Under the pieces are notes generated by a model. That model had not been told where the DNA came from. It did not search any database and worked only from the letters and a program-made list of their open reading frames with translations. The position numbers and the translations under genes were made by a program. Positions 48,047 to 56,887 of a stretch of 64,000 nt of DNA are shown piece by piece. Every line of letters starts with the position of its first letter. Position 1 is the first letter of the stretch. This stretch comes from Candidatus Kaiserbacteria bacterium (GTDB taxonomy: Bacteria; Patescibacteriota; Minisyncoccia; Phycocordibacterales; UBA2100): positions 21,394-85,393 of the forward strand of contig VGJQ01000001.1 in assembly GCA_016867375.1 (NCBI GenBank), in the 5' to 3' direction.

Positions 48047-49741
48047 TTACGCCGCTTCCACAAAAAGCGTATCATCATTGAGATCCACCATGCGTCCGAG
48101 CTCGTCGAGCGAGGTGACTCCTTGTAATACTTTCACAATGCCGTCTTGTGCCATGCGGCGGATTTGCTGATGCTTTGCGGCGGCCCAGATGTCGCGATCT
48201 GATGCGCCTGCACGCACTGTCTCCTCGATTTGTTTATCCATGAGTATCACTTCGACGACCGAGATGCGGCCCTTGTAGCCCAGACCACCGCATTTGTCAC
48301 AGCCTTTCGGTATCCACATACGCGTCCTGTTTTCAGGGAGTTCATCAGCGTGGGGGATATTGCTCAATATCTTGTCGACGAGCTCTTTGTTGGCGCCTTC
48401 GATCGGCACTTCTTCGTGACAAGTCTTACACAGGCGGCGCACGAGGCGCTGCGCCATCGCCACCGTGAGTGCAGCACCGAGGATGTCGGGCGAGACACCC
48501 ATGTCCATGAGGCGGGGGAAGGTGCCTGCAGCGTCGTTGGTGTGAAGTGTGGAGAAGACGAGGTGGCCGGTGAGTGAGGCATTGACGGCGGTCTGCGCCA
48601 CTTCAGCATCTCGGATTTCGCCCACCATGATGATGTCCGGGTCTTGGCGGAGTGTAGAGCGCAAGCCTTGTGCAAAGGTGTAGTCTTTGGACACCTGTGT
48701 CTGCACGATGCCGTTGAGGTGGTATTCGATTGGGTCTTCGATGGTGACGATCTTGATGCCGGGCTCGTTGACCTTACTCAAGAATGCATAGAGGGTCGTC
48801 GTCTTACCGGATCCGGTAGGGCCTGTGTTGAGGATCATACCATTGGGCTTTGCGATTTCGTGATCGAAGATGTCCATGAGGTATTTATCGAAACCGAGTG
48901 CTTCCATTGGAAGGCCGATCGTCGTCGGGTCGAGGATACGCATGACCATTGTCTCTGCATAGGCGCCGGGCAAGACCGAGGAGCGGATTTCAATCTCTTT
49001 TTCGTTGACGACGATGGAGAAACGGCCATCTTGTGCTGCGTTTTTGATATTGAGTTTGAGGCCCGAGAGGAGCTTGAGGCGGCTTGAGATGAGTCCGTAG
49101 GTGGCAAAATCGAAGCGAGAGACGTCGATCAGGACGCCGTCGAGACGGTAGCGCATACGCACGTCTTCTTCTTGTGGTTCAAGGTGGATGTCGGATGCAC
49201 CGAGCGAGAGTGCGCCGGACATAGTGATCTCGAGGATGCGTGAGATACGATGTGTGTCCTTGCTCTCGACATTGCCTTTGATTTCATTCTGCACATCCTC
49301 AATCTTCTTGAGTTTCTGGAGCATCTCTTGGATGGTCTCATTGGAGAGAGTGAGGACGCCGGCTTCCGTCTCGGTGGCATAGGAGATGTCGTGATAGCGT
49401 TCCCAGGCGTGTTCGAGGCTGGCGCGCGAGGCGATGAATCGCCGTACGCTGTAGCCGAGCCGCTCCACATCTGCTATCGCTTGGAGCGAATCTGTGCGCT
49501 CTGGTGCGCGCATGGCCACAGAGATGACTTTATTATTCTTGTGAAAAGCGGCGACTTCGAGCTCCTCTGCCCGCTCTTTAGGGATGAGACGCAGTGCGTC
49601 GGTGTTGATTGATTTATTCGTCAGGTCGACATAATCGACGCCGTATTTACCAGCAAGCATCTGTGCGAGCTGCTCTTCCTCGCGGTGGCGCAACTCCTCC
49701 AGTCGCTCCTCCTGCTTCTTTTCGTTAAAATCCGTGACCAT
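48047..49741 (-). CDS. Second PilB/GspE-family ATPase
   Basis: ASDIHLEP, RYRLDG, AQDGR, GPTGSGKTT, EDPIEY, RQDPD, CxxC...CxxC. Confidence 0.93.
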   Translation of the reverse strand: MVTDFNEKKQEERLEELRHREEEQLAQMLAGKYGVDYVDLTNKSINTDALRLIPKERAEELEVAAFHKNNKVISVAMRAPERTDSLQAIADVERLGYSVRRFIASRASLEHAWERYHDISYATETEAGVLTLSNETIQEMLQKLKKIEDVQNEIKGNVESKDTHRISRILEITMSGALSLGASDIHLEPQEEDVRMRYRLDGVLIDVSRFDFATYGLISSRLKLLSGLKLNIKNAAQDGRFSIVVNEKEIEIRSSVLPGAYAETMVMRILDPTTIGLPMEALGFDKYLMDIFDHEIAKPNGMILNTGPTGSGKTTTLYAFLSKVNEPGIKIVTIEDPIEYHLNGIVQTQVSKDYTFAQGLRSTLRQDPDIIMVGEIRDAEVAQTAVNASLTGHLVFSTLHTNDAAGTFPRLMDMGVSPDILGAALTVAMAQRLVRRLCKTCHEEVPIEGANKELVDKILSNIPHADELPENRTRMWIPKGCDKCGGLGYKGRISVVEVILMDKQIEETVRAGASDRDIWAAAKHQQIRRMAQDGIVKVLQGVTSLDELGRMVDLNDDTLFVEAA

Positions 49742-49830
49742 TGGCACTATTGTAGCAACATTTCTTGTCCAATGTGCTACTGTGATAGGAAATCAGACAT
49801 TATTTAACACTTGTAAATACACTAAAGCGT

Positions 49831-50244
49831 ATGTTTGAATCTTGGTTTAATAAAAAGAAGCAAGGTGAGAAACCTCAAAGAAAGATTGCTGATGCAAAGG
49901 TGGCACGGATGATGGCTGCCGGTATCATCACGGCGGTTTCTAATACTGAGCCCGCACACGGTATAGAGTCACAGCAACCATCGTTTACATCAGACACGGC
50001 CATTGAGAATACTATAACCGCCACACCAGCTGCGGAGGCGGCCATACAGAAACTAGCCCAGATGTCGTTTGAAGATGGTAAGGCGTTCGTTGAAGCATTT
50101 AGACAAACTTCAAAAAATCCAGAAGATCTCATCTATGATCCAGCGCAAGACCTCTACGACGCCATCTTGAACAATCCGAATCATGGTCTATCGGAAGAGC
50201 TTGTGCAATATATTAAAAATCAGATACAAGAGGTGAACGAATAA
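49831..50244 (+). CDS. Hypothetical exported protein
   Basis: Long basic N-region, weak h-region, PAHG. Confidence 0.6.
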   Translation: MFESWFNKKKQGEKPQRKIADAKVARMMAAGIITAVSNTEPAHGIESQQPSFTSDTAIENTITATPAAEAAIQKLAQMSFEDGKAFVEAFRQTSKNPEDLIYDPAQDLYDAILNNPNHGLSEELVQYIKNQIQEVNE

Positions 50245-50255
50245 TATTGAGAATT

Positions 50256-50564
50256 ATGGAAAAGTTCGAAAAACCAAAGAAGAGGAGGGCAGGTGAACAA
50301 GTAGCCCGGGCACTTGGTGCTGCACTTGTAGCGGCTAGTCCGAGCGCAGCGCAGGCAGGGTCAGGTTTTGATGGTAATTTCCCGACTCATCATTATGAAA
50401 TGAAAGTCCCTGCCACTCCGGAAGGACTAGAAGCTGCTAAAAAAAGGCAGGAGCTGGAAGACCTAAGAGATAAGTTCAACGACTACGGTCTCCCGATGCC
50501 GCCTGAACTGGTGAGAGAGTTGGAGGCAAACAATATCCCTCTTCGCGATCCTAATGTAAAGTAA
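50256..50564 (+). CDS. Hypothetical exported protein
   Basis: KKRR basic N-region, Ala-rich h-region, AQA site. Confidence 0.6.
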   Translation: MEKFEKPKKRRAGEQVARALGAALVAASPSAAQAGSGFDGNFPTHHYEMKVPATPEGLEAAKKRQELEDLRDKFNDYGLPMPPELVRELEANNIPLRDPNVK

Positions 50565-50565
50565 T

Positions 50566-50994
50566 ATGCGCATTGAAGGCGTGGGGGAAATGGAATCGTA
50601 CGCGCGTGAGTTTATCGCGGCTCTAGCTTTGCGCACAGATTGCGCGACGATCGTCGCGCTCTCGGGGGACCTAGGGGCAGGGAAGACGACTTTTACTCAG
50701 GGGGTCGCCCATGCGCTTGGTGTGGAGGAGGTGGTGACCAGCCCGACCTTCGTCATTGAAAAGGTATATGAGTTACACGATCAAAAATGGTCGCGGCTCA
50801 TTCATATCGATGCCTACCGACTCGTGAGTGAGCATGAGCTCGAGGTACTCGGCTGGCACGACATGATCGCCGACTCGCGTAATCTAATCCTCATCGAATG
50901 GCCGGAGATGGTGGCGGAGCTTATACCTGAGAAGGCAGTGCGTGTCACACTCTCGGGCGACGACGATACGAGAGAGATAACAGTTGACTTGTAA
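50566..50994 (+). CDS. tsaE: tRNA threonylcarbamoyladenosine biosynthesis ATPase TsaE
   Basis: LSGDLGAGKTTF, VTSPTF, HIDAYRL, LIEWPE. Confidence 0.96.
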   Translation: MRIEGVGEMESYAREFIAALALRTDCATIVALSGDLGAGKTTFTQGVAHALGVEEVVTSPTFVIEKVYELHDQKWSRLIHIDAYRLVSEHELEVLGWHDMIADSRNLILIEWPEMVAELIPEKAVRVTLSGDDDTREITVDL

Positions 50995-51042
50995 GTGCCC
51001 TGTGTTTATCTTTGTCTTAGTGTCATTGCGACGGAGGTACTG

Positions 51043-51636
51043 ATGAGCAACATCGTACACTTCAGACAACAGGGACCATTGCAATACTGCTCCGAGGTCG
51101 AGCTTCCTGTTTTGTATGGGAAGTTTAGTCCCTCAACGATCTTTTGCATCGGAAATGTGATCGGCGGCATACCAATCGGAAACATGGACGATGAGTTTAT
51201 GCGACTCTTCCTTCCTATCCCGTTTCCAGATCCGACAAGATGGTCACCTACCAAAAAAATCTCCCCAATACCGAAGCTTCGGGTATCGTACTGGGATTTG
51301 TTGCGAGATACACGCGATATCGACATCTTCTCCGTATGGCTTGGTGAGGAAAAAAGGGTGGTGGATTTGGTGAGGGTCTTTCAAATTATGAGTCTCGGAC
51401 AAAAGGGGCCTGCCTTATGCAACAATATGATGAATGTGGCGTTCGTTACCCCGGTCTTCGATGATCGTCCGCATACCTTGTATTGGAACACCTATTTGGG
51501 GACGTGGCATATCAACCTCGTGCCCGGACCTGTCGAGGAGCTGCAAAAGCTAAAATATCGACGCAAGCTTCCGCAGGGAGCGCGTATATTTGGCGGACTG
51601 TCGCCAGATGAAAAACATGAGCCCTTAGCCTTCTGA
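51043..51636 (+). CDS. Hypothetical protein
   Basis: GGAGG SD before ATG 51043; terminator-like hairpin with T-tract after the stop. Confidence 0.6.
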   Translation: MSNIVHFRQQGPLQYCSEVELPVLYGKFSPSTIFCIGNVIGGIPIGNMDDEFMRLFLPIPFPDPTRWSPTKKISPIPKLRVSYWDLLRDTRDIDIFSVWLGEEKRVVDLVRVFQIMSLGQKGPALCNNMMNVAFVTPVFDDRPHTLYWNTYLGTWHINLVPGPVEELQKLKYRRKLPQGARIFGGLSPDEKHEPLAF

Positions 51637-51704
51637 TCCTCTCGTGGGATTGGGAGGCTTTTGTTTTTCACGACGCGCGAGGCCGTCTGCGCTATACTGT
51701 GGCC

Positions 51705-54110
51705 ATGGTAGCTAAAAAGGACAAGGAAGATGCCACAACGGCGCGCAAGCGTCTGATTATCCTCGATACGCATGCAATCATCCACCGTGCCTATCATGCA
51801 ATTCCCGACCTCACGACTTCTAAAGGCGAGCCGACGGGTGCGCTCTACGGACTCGTCTCGATGCTCCTGCGTACGATCAATGATCTGAAGCCCGACTACC
51901 TCATCGCGTGCCGGGATTTGCCGGGTCCGACACACCGGCACGAGCGCTTTGAAGGCTACAAGGCGACGCGCGTGAAAGCGGAGGATGCACTTGTGGCTCA
52001 GCTTGAGCGTGCGCCGATTGTCTTTGAGGCGTTTGGTATTCCTATGTACGCAGCGCCCGGATACGAGGCGGACGATTGCATCGGCACGATCGTGCGCGAG
52101 CTTCAGGCGCACGATCATGTCGATACGATCATCGCGTCCGGCGACATGGACACGCTTCAGCTTGTGTCGCCCTCGGTCGGTGTGTACACGATGCGCAAAG
52201 GAATCACTGACATAAAGTTTTATGATGCCGCTGAGGTCAAGGAGCGCTACGGATTCGGCCCCGAGCATGTGGTCGATTACAAAGCCTTGCGCGGCGATCC
52301 GTCGGACAACATCCCCGGCATCAAAGGTATCGGCGAGAAGACGGCGACCGAGCTCATCAAAATAGGCGGCTCGCTCGAAAACCTCTATGCGCTGCTCGAG
52401 AAACATCCGGATACGCTCATAAAAAAGGGCATAAAGCCGCGCATCGTGCAGCTCCTGATTGATGGTAAGGAGGCGGCCTTTTTCTCCAAAGAGCTTGCGA
52501 CGATTCATACCGATGCACCGATTTCATTTACGGTGCCCGACAGGCCGTGGGTGCTTGCCGAGCATCAGGGTGGCATCGAGCAGCTGTGTGACACGCTTGA
52601 ATTCCGTACGCTCAAGGAGCGTGTGCGCGGATTTGTCCGTGCGGAGAGCGGTGCAGCCGCCCAGGAGGCAGCGACAGACACTCCTTCGGTCGACAAGACG
52701 ACGCTCGCGGAAGTATCGGTCGCGCTCTGGGTGCTCAATTCCGATATCGCCAATCCGTCGCTTGCGGACATTTTCGAATTTGCGCAGACCGATGATTTCG
52801 AGAAGGCGCGCGAGAAGATATTTGCACAGCTACATGAGAGTCCGGCGCTTCAAAAAGTGTACGAAGACATTGAGCGCCCGCTCATACCCATCGTGAATAG
52901 GATGCATGACGACGGAGTGATGATCGATGTAAAGTATCTCGCCTCGCTCGCGCGCGAATATGGCAAAGGTCTCTCGGAGATCGAGAAGCGCATCTACGCT
53001 CATGCGGGCCACGAATTCAATATCAATTCTCCCAAACAGCTCGGTGTCGTCTTGTATGACGAGCTCAAAATCACGCCAGAGCGGCAAAAGCGGACTGCCG
53101 GCGGTGCGCGCACGACGCGCGAAGAGGAGCTTTCGAAGCTTGTCGATATGCACCCCATCATTGCCGATATCCTCGCGTACCGCGAACTGCAGAAACTCCT
53201 CTCCACCTACATCGAGAAGATCCCCACTATGGTCGCCGCAGACGGCAGGCTCCATGCCCAATTCCTGCAAGCAGGATCCGCGACGGGGCGCATGGCAAGC
53301 CAGAATCCCAATGTCCAGAATATTCCCATCAAGACCGAATATGGCCGCCGTATCCGCAGTGCATTTGTCGCCGCACCGGGATACGTGCTCGCTGCGATCG
53401 ACTACTCACAGATCGAGCTGCGTATCGCTGCGGGGCTTTCAGGTGATGAAAAGCTGATCAAAATCTTTCAAGAGGGTGGCGATATTCACACCGAGGTTGC
53501 GTCATTTGTCTTTGGTGTCGAGCCGGAAAAAGTAGATCGTGAGATGCGCCGCCGCGCCAAGGTGATCAATTTTGGCATCCTCTATGGTATGGGTGTCAAT
53601 GCGTTGCGTGCCAATCTCGGTGGCGATGTGACGCGCGCGCAGGCGGCCGAGTATCTCGAAGATTATTTCAAGACATTCTCAGGCGTGGCCGCATACATCG
53701 AAAAGACGAAAGCTTTTGCAAAAAAACAGGGCTACACCGAGACGCTCTACGGCCGCCGCCGGCATTTCCCAGGACTCACATCCTCCTTGCCAGGCGTCGT
53801 CGCTGCGGCGGAGCGCATGGCGGTGAATGCACCGATGCAGGGCACGCAAGCCGACATCATCAAACTCGCCATGATCGAAGCCGACAAAGTGATCGAGCGC
53901 GAAGACCTCCGGGACCGAGTGAAATTGCTTTTGCAAGTGCACGATGAACTCATCTACGAAGTACGCGCAGAAGATACTGATACGCTCGTGCCGCGCTTGC
54001 GACAGGTAATGGAATCGGTGGTGACAGGGGATATGCTCGCTGGCGTGCCCATCATCGCCGAGGCTTCGGTGGGGAAAAATTGGGGAGAGATGCGCAAGAT
54101 CAGTCACTAG
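51705..54110 (+). CDS. polA: DNA polymerase I (5'-3' exonuclease and polymerase; proofreading domain largely absent)
   Basis: HRAYHA, YEADD, GDPSDNIPGIKGIGEKTA, DYSQIELR, RRRAKVINFGILYG, LQVHDEL. Confidence 0.97.
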   Translation: MVAKKDKEDATTARKRLIILDTHAIIHRAYHAIPDLTTSKGEPTGALYGLVSMLLRTINDLKPDYLIACRDLPGPTHRHERFEGYKATRVKAEDALVAQLERAPIVFEAFGIPMYAAPGYEADDCIGTIVRELQAHDHVDTIIASGDMDTLQLVSPSVGVYTMRKGITDIKFYDAAEVKERYGFGPEHVVDYKALRGDPSDNIPGIKGIGEKTATELIKIGGSLENLYALLEKHPDTLIKKGIKPRIVQLLIDGKEAAFFSKELATIHTDAPISFTVPDRPWVLAEHQGGIEQLCDTLEFRTLKERVRGFVRAESGAAAQEAATDTPSVDKTTLAEVSVALWVLNSDIANPSLADIFEFAQTDDFEKAREKIFAQLHESPALQKVYEDIERPLIPIVNRMHDDGVMIDVKYLASLAREYGKGLSEIEKRIYAHAGHEFNINSPKQLGVVLYDELKITPERQKRTAGGARTTREEELSKLVDMHPIIADILAYRELQKLLSTYIEKIPTMVAADGRLHAQFLQAGSATGRMASQNPNVQNIPIKTEYGRRIRSAFVAAPGYVLAAIDYSQIELRIAAGLSGDEKLIKIFQEGGDIHTEVASFVFGVEPEKVDREMRRRAKVINFGILYGMGVNALRANLGGDVTRAQAAEYLEDYFKTFSGVAAYIEKTKAFAKKQGYTETLYGRRRHFPGLTSSLPGVVAAAERMAVNAPMQGTQADIIKLAMIEADKVIEREDLRDRVKLLLQVHDELIYEVRAEDTDTLVPRLRQVMESVVTGDMLAGVPIIAEASVGKNWGEMRKISH

Positions 54111-54189
54111 CGACTAGGGTTTAGCCAATAGGGCGTGGCTGTTCTTGGATTATACTAGTGGCTATACCCTAGTGGCCAATCACTATTTT

Positions 54190-54840
54190 ATGCTTTACCT
54201 CTATATCGGTACAGACAGAAAGAAGGCACATGCGGCGTTGCGTGCTGATGCGGCGCTATTGTCGAAAAAAGCGGCAGTTATCCACATCACCGACGCACAT
54301 ACAATAGAAGACCTGGATGCCGCTATAAGCGGTGGTGGGCTCTTCGCACAAGCGAGAGTCGTCATACTTGATGGCGTCTTTGACAGGGAAGACATGCGAG
54401 AGCGGATTCTATCGCGGACGGACGATATTGCATCTATGAGTGACCACTTTTTGCTGTATACAGAGAAGATCGACGCAGCGACACGTAAGCGTCTGGAACG
54501 CATGGCTGCAAAGGTCCAACAATTCGATCTGCCAAAAAAAGCCGATAAAGAAAGCACTATCTTCACTATAGGCAATGCGTTGCGCGTAGGTGACAAGAAG
54601 CGTCTCTGGGTCGGCTACCAAGGGGAGCTGCTTGCTCAGACAGCGCCCGAAGCAATTCATGGAGTCCTCTTTTGGGCCGCAAAGCAGATGCTGCTTGCTG
54701 CACGAGGCGATACGGAGCGTATCCGCGGCAAAAGGCTCGTAGCACAGCTCGCGGAGCTACCGCACAAAGCACGCCGCCGTGGCGAAGAACTCGAATATGC
54801 ACTTGAACGATTTGTGCTCTCTATTGACGTGATAAAATAA
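54190..54840 (+). CDS. Truncated DNA polymerase III delta (HolA)-like protein
   Basis: MLYLYIGTD, GGGLFAQARVVIL, IFTIGNAL, ALERFVL. Confidence 0.6.
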   Translation: MLYLYIGTDRKKAHAALRADAALLSKKAAVIHITDAHTIEDLDAAISGGGLFAQARVVILDGVFDREDMRERILSRTDDIASMSDHFLLYTEKIDAATRKRLERMAAKVQQFDLPKKADKESTIFTIGNALRVGDKKRLWVGYQGELLAQTAPEAIHGVLFWAAKQMLLAARGDTERIRGKRLVAQLAELPHKARRRGEELEYALERFVLSIDVIK

Positions 54841-54845
54841 TCACT

Positions 54846-56432
54846 ATGAATATGCAAAACAGTATTTCGATGACGATGCTCGTCGTCTCTGTGATGTCGT
54901 TGGTTACCTTTATTGTGGTTGTGCTGCCGCGCACTGCTGTGGCGATGAATGCAGCAGAATCAGCAAATGCGATGTGTAATCCAGTCATTCCGCCTTGTGG
55001 TTGTCAGCAAATATTAGACCCAATAACAGGGCAATGCACAGGAGGTGCGAACATGAATCAATGTCCCTGCCAGGCGACCGTGAGCGGTATTACTTTTTCT
55101 GGCATATGTATCGCACCCAAAAAATGCGAAACCAAATCCGCCGGCGGTGGCGGTGTCGATAGTATGCTCAGTCAGCTCGGCCAGATGCTCAGTCAAGCGA
55201 TGCAGGCCCTTCAGGGAGGAGGGGGTGGAGGAGGAGGGGGTGGTCAACAGCCTCAGATGCCCCCAATGGGTGGCATGGGAGGGACCGGGATGGGCGGCTC
55301 GCAAGGATGCACGAGTTACTACCAGGTATCCACTCCGTCGAGCGATCCGTGTGCGTACTACGTCCCATCGTCCATTGGTAGTGATCTCAACGGTGCGCTC
55401 GGTAGTACCGCAGGCAACGACCTCCTCAATGCACTAAACGGCGGTACAAATACCAATATACCGAGCATTCCTGGGACGGGAACGGGTATCAACAATAATA
55501 ATACGAACGGTACGGTCAACCCCCCACAAAATCCCAACAATAGTGGATCGGGCGGTATTAATAATGGGACAGGACCCCAGATTGGTACCACACAAGGGAA
55601 GACCAGCGCACCCAATTCGATCATAGGTCTCATCTCAAATCCAAACAACCTGAGGATCGCGAGTACTACGGAAACGGTAATAGTAAATCCTGATGGGACG
55701 ACATCCACCACCACGACGTATTCGTTTTTTGGCCTCGAAATTACACTTCCGAGTAATAAGACCTCAGCGGGTGATCTCACTGCATTTATGACGATAGCCA
55801 ATATCATCAGTGGCAAAGGGGCATCCTCACAGGGAGGGGATTTGTTTTTGGGCGGCAATGGTGCCACCATATATTCCTCCAATTTTGATTCAAAAACGAA
55901 TACAGCCATCTCAGGGTTCATTGGTGCCAATTCTTCTGGTGGATCGGTCGGCTTGGCTGCATGGTTGTGTCGGACACGGCCGTGGGCCAACAACATCATC
56001 TCTCGCATCATACCGTCGTCGTTCTTCGATTCGCTCTGCACGCGTCGCGGATATGCGGTAGGTGCTCAGCCGGTAAGGACGGTGACTCCAGGCCTGACAC
56101 AGACACGATTGCCTGCCGTTAAAAAGACGGCAACGCCTGTAAAAAACACGACGACAACCGCCACATCCACTGTCCCTACTATACCGCCGAGGGTCCAGGT
56201 CTGGGCGGTGCCAGCGACGGTTTCGATTGGTTCCCGCACCTCGATCTTTTGGAGTGCGCGTGGCGTGGAAAACTGTCTCGTGACCAGTCCCGATGGGAGT
56301 TTCCGCCAAACGACGCTTTCGGGAGGCGCATCGACCGTCCCGCTCACGACGTCGACTACGTATACCATCTCCTGCCTAACGCCCGATGGTACGCCGGTGA
56401 CCGACTACTTCACGGTGCGGATGGCGATATAA
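54846..56432 (+). CDS. Secreted Cys/Gly/Asn-rich surface protein
   Basis: Signal peptide, N-terminal Cys cluster, poly-Gly, C-terminal Ig-like module ending YTISC. Confidence 0.75.
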   Translation: MNMQNSISMTMLVVSVMSLVTFIVVVLPRTAVAMNAAESANAMCNPVIPPCGCQQILDPITGQCTGGANMNQCPCQATVSGITFSGICIAPKKCETKSAGGGGVDSMLSQLGQMLSQAMQALQGGGGGGGGGGQQPQMPPMGGMGGTGMGGSQGCTSYYQVSTPSSDPCAYYVPSSIGSDLNGALGSTAGNDLLNALNGGTNTNIPSIPGTGTGINNNNTNGTVNPPQNPNNSGSGGINNGTGPQIGTTQGKTSAPNSIIGLISNPNNLRIASTTETVIVNPDGTTSTTTTYSFFGLEITLPSNKTSAGDLTAFMTIANIISGKGASSQGGDLFLGGNGATIYSSNFDSKTNTAISGFIGANSSGGSVGLAAWLCRTRPWANNIISRIIPSSFFDSLCTRRGYAVGAQPVRTVTPGLTQTRLPAVKKTATPVKNTTTTATSTVPTIPPRVQVWAVPATVSIGSRTSIFWSARGVENCLVTSPDGSFRQTTLSGGASTVPLTTSTTYTISCLTPDGTPVTDYFTVRMAI

Positions 56433-56496
56433 AGGAAATCATCTTTTTATACCATCTCTCACATTAAGCGTCCATCAATGGGAAATTTCGTCTTTG

Positions 56497-56578
56497 CCGT
56501 CTTTGCGAGGCCTTTGGCCGAAGCAATCCAGAGTTCTACCACTCACCCCTGGATTGCTTCGCTTCACTCACAAAGACA
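56497..56578. repeat. GTCTTTGCGAG...CGAAGCAATCC REP-like element, copy 2
   Basis: CGAAGCAATCCAG...CTGGATTGCTTCG hairpin; homologous to 39628-39760. Confidence 0.8.
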
Positions 56579-56588
56579 CCATTGGTAA

Positions 56589-56634
56589 GGGCTCGTCCAC
56601 AAATCACGTACTCGTTATTTGTGGACTACACTTA
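56589..56634 (+). repeat. GGGCTCGTCCAC-family MITE-like hairpin
   Basis: TAA|GGGCTCGTCCACAAATCACGTACTCGTTATTTGTGGACTACAC|TTA. Confidence 0.8.
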
Positions 56635-56747
56635 TACTTCGCCCCAAATGGCTACGAAGGACTACTTCGCGCTCGCTCGCCAAGTCATTGCGGATATACG
56701 TAAAAATCTGCGTCTGTGCCGTGCACTACGAAGCTTTAGCGAAGTAG

Positions 56748-56820
56748 TGCGCCCAGTTGGATTCGAACCAACGACCATCTCCTTAAAAGGGAGTTGCTCT
56801 ACCGCCTGAGCTATGGGCGC
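56748..56820 (-). tRNA. tRNA-Lys(TTT), CCA not encoded
   Basis: GCGCCCA acceptor stem, GCTCAGGCGGTAGAGC D-arm, CT-TTT-AA anticodon loop, GGTTCGAATCC T-arm. Confidence 0.95.
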
Positions 56821-56887
56821 GCGTTGAAAGAGAATATACCACATTTCTGTCAAACGGCGAGTGAGCTCGGATGATACAATATATAGC

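Noticed and set aside
54113-54173. Hairpin between polA and the holA-like gene
   Set aside because: Single imperfect copy; cannot be distinguished from a terminator or decayed repeat
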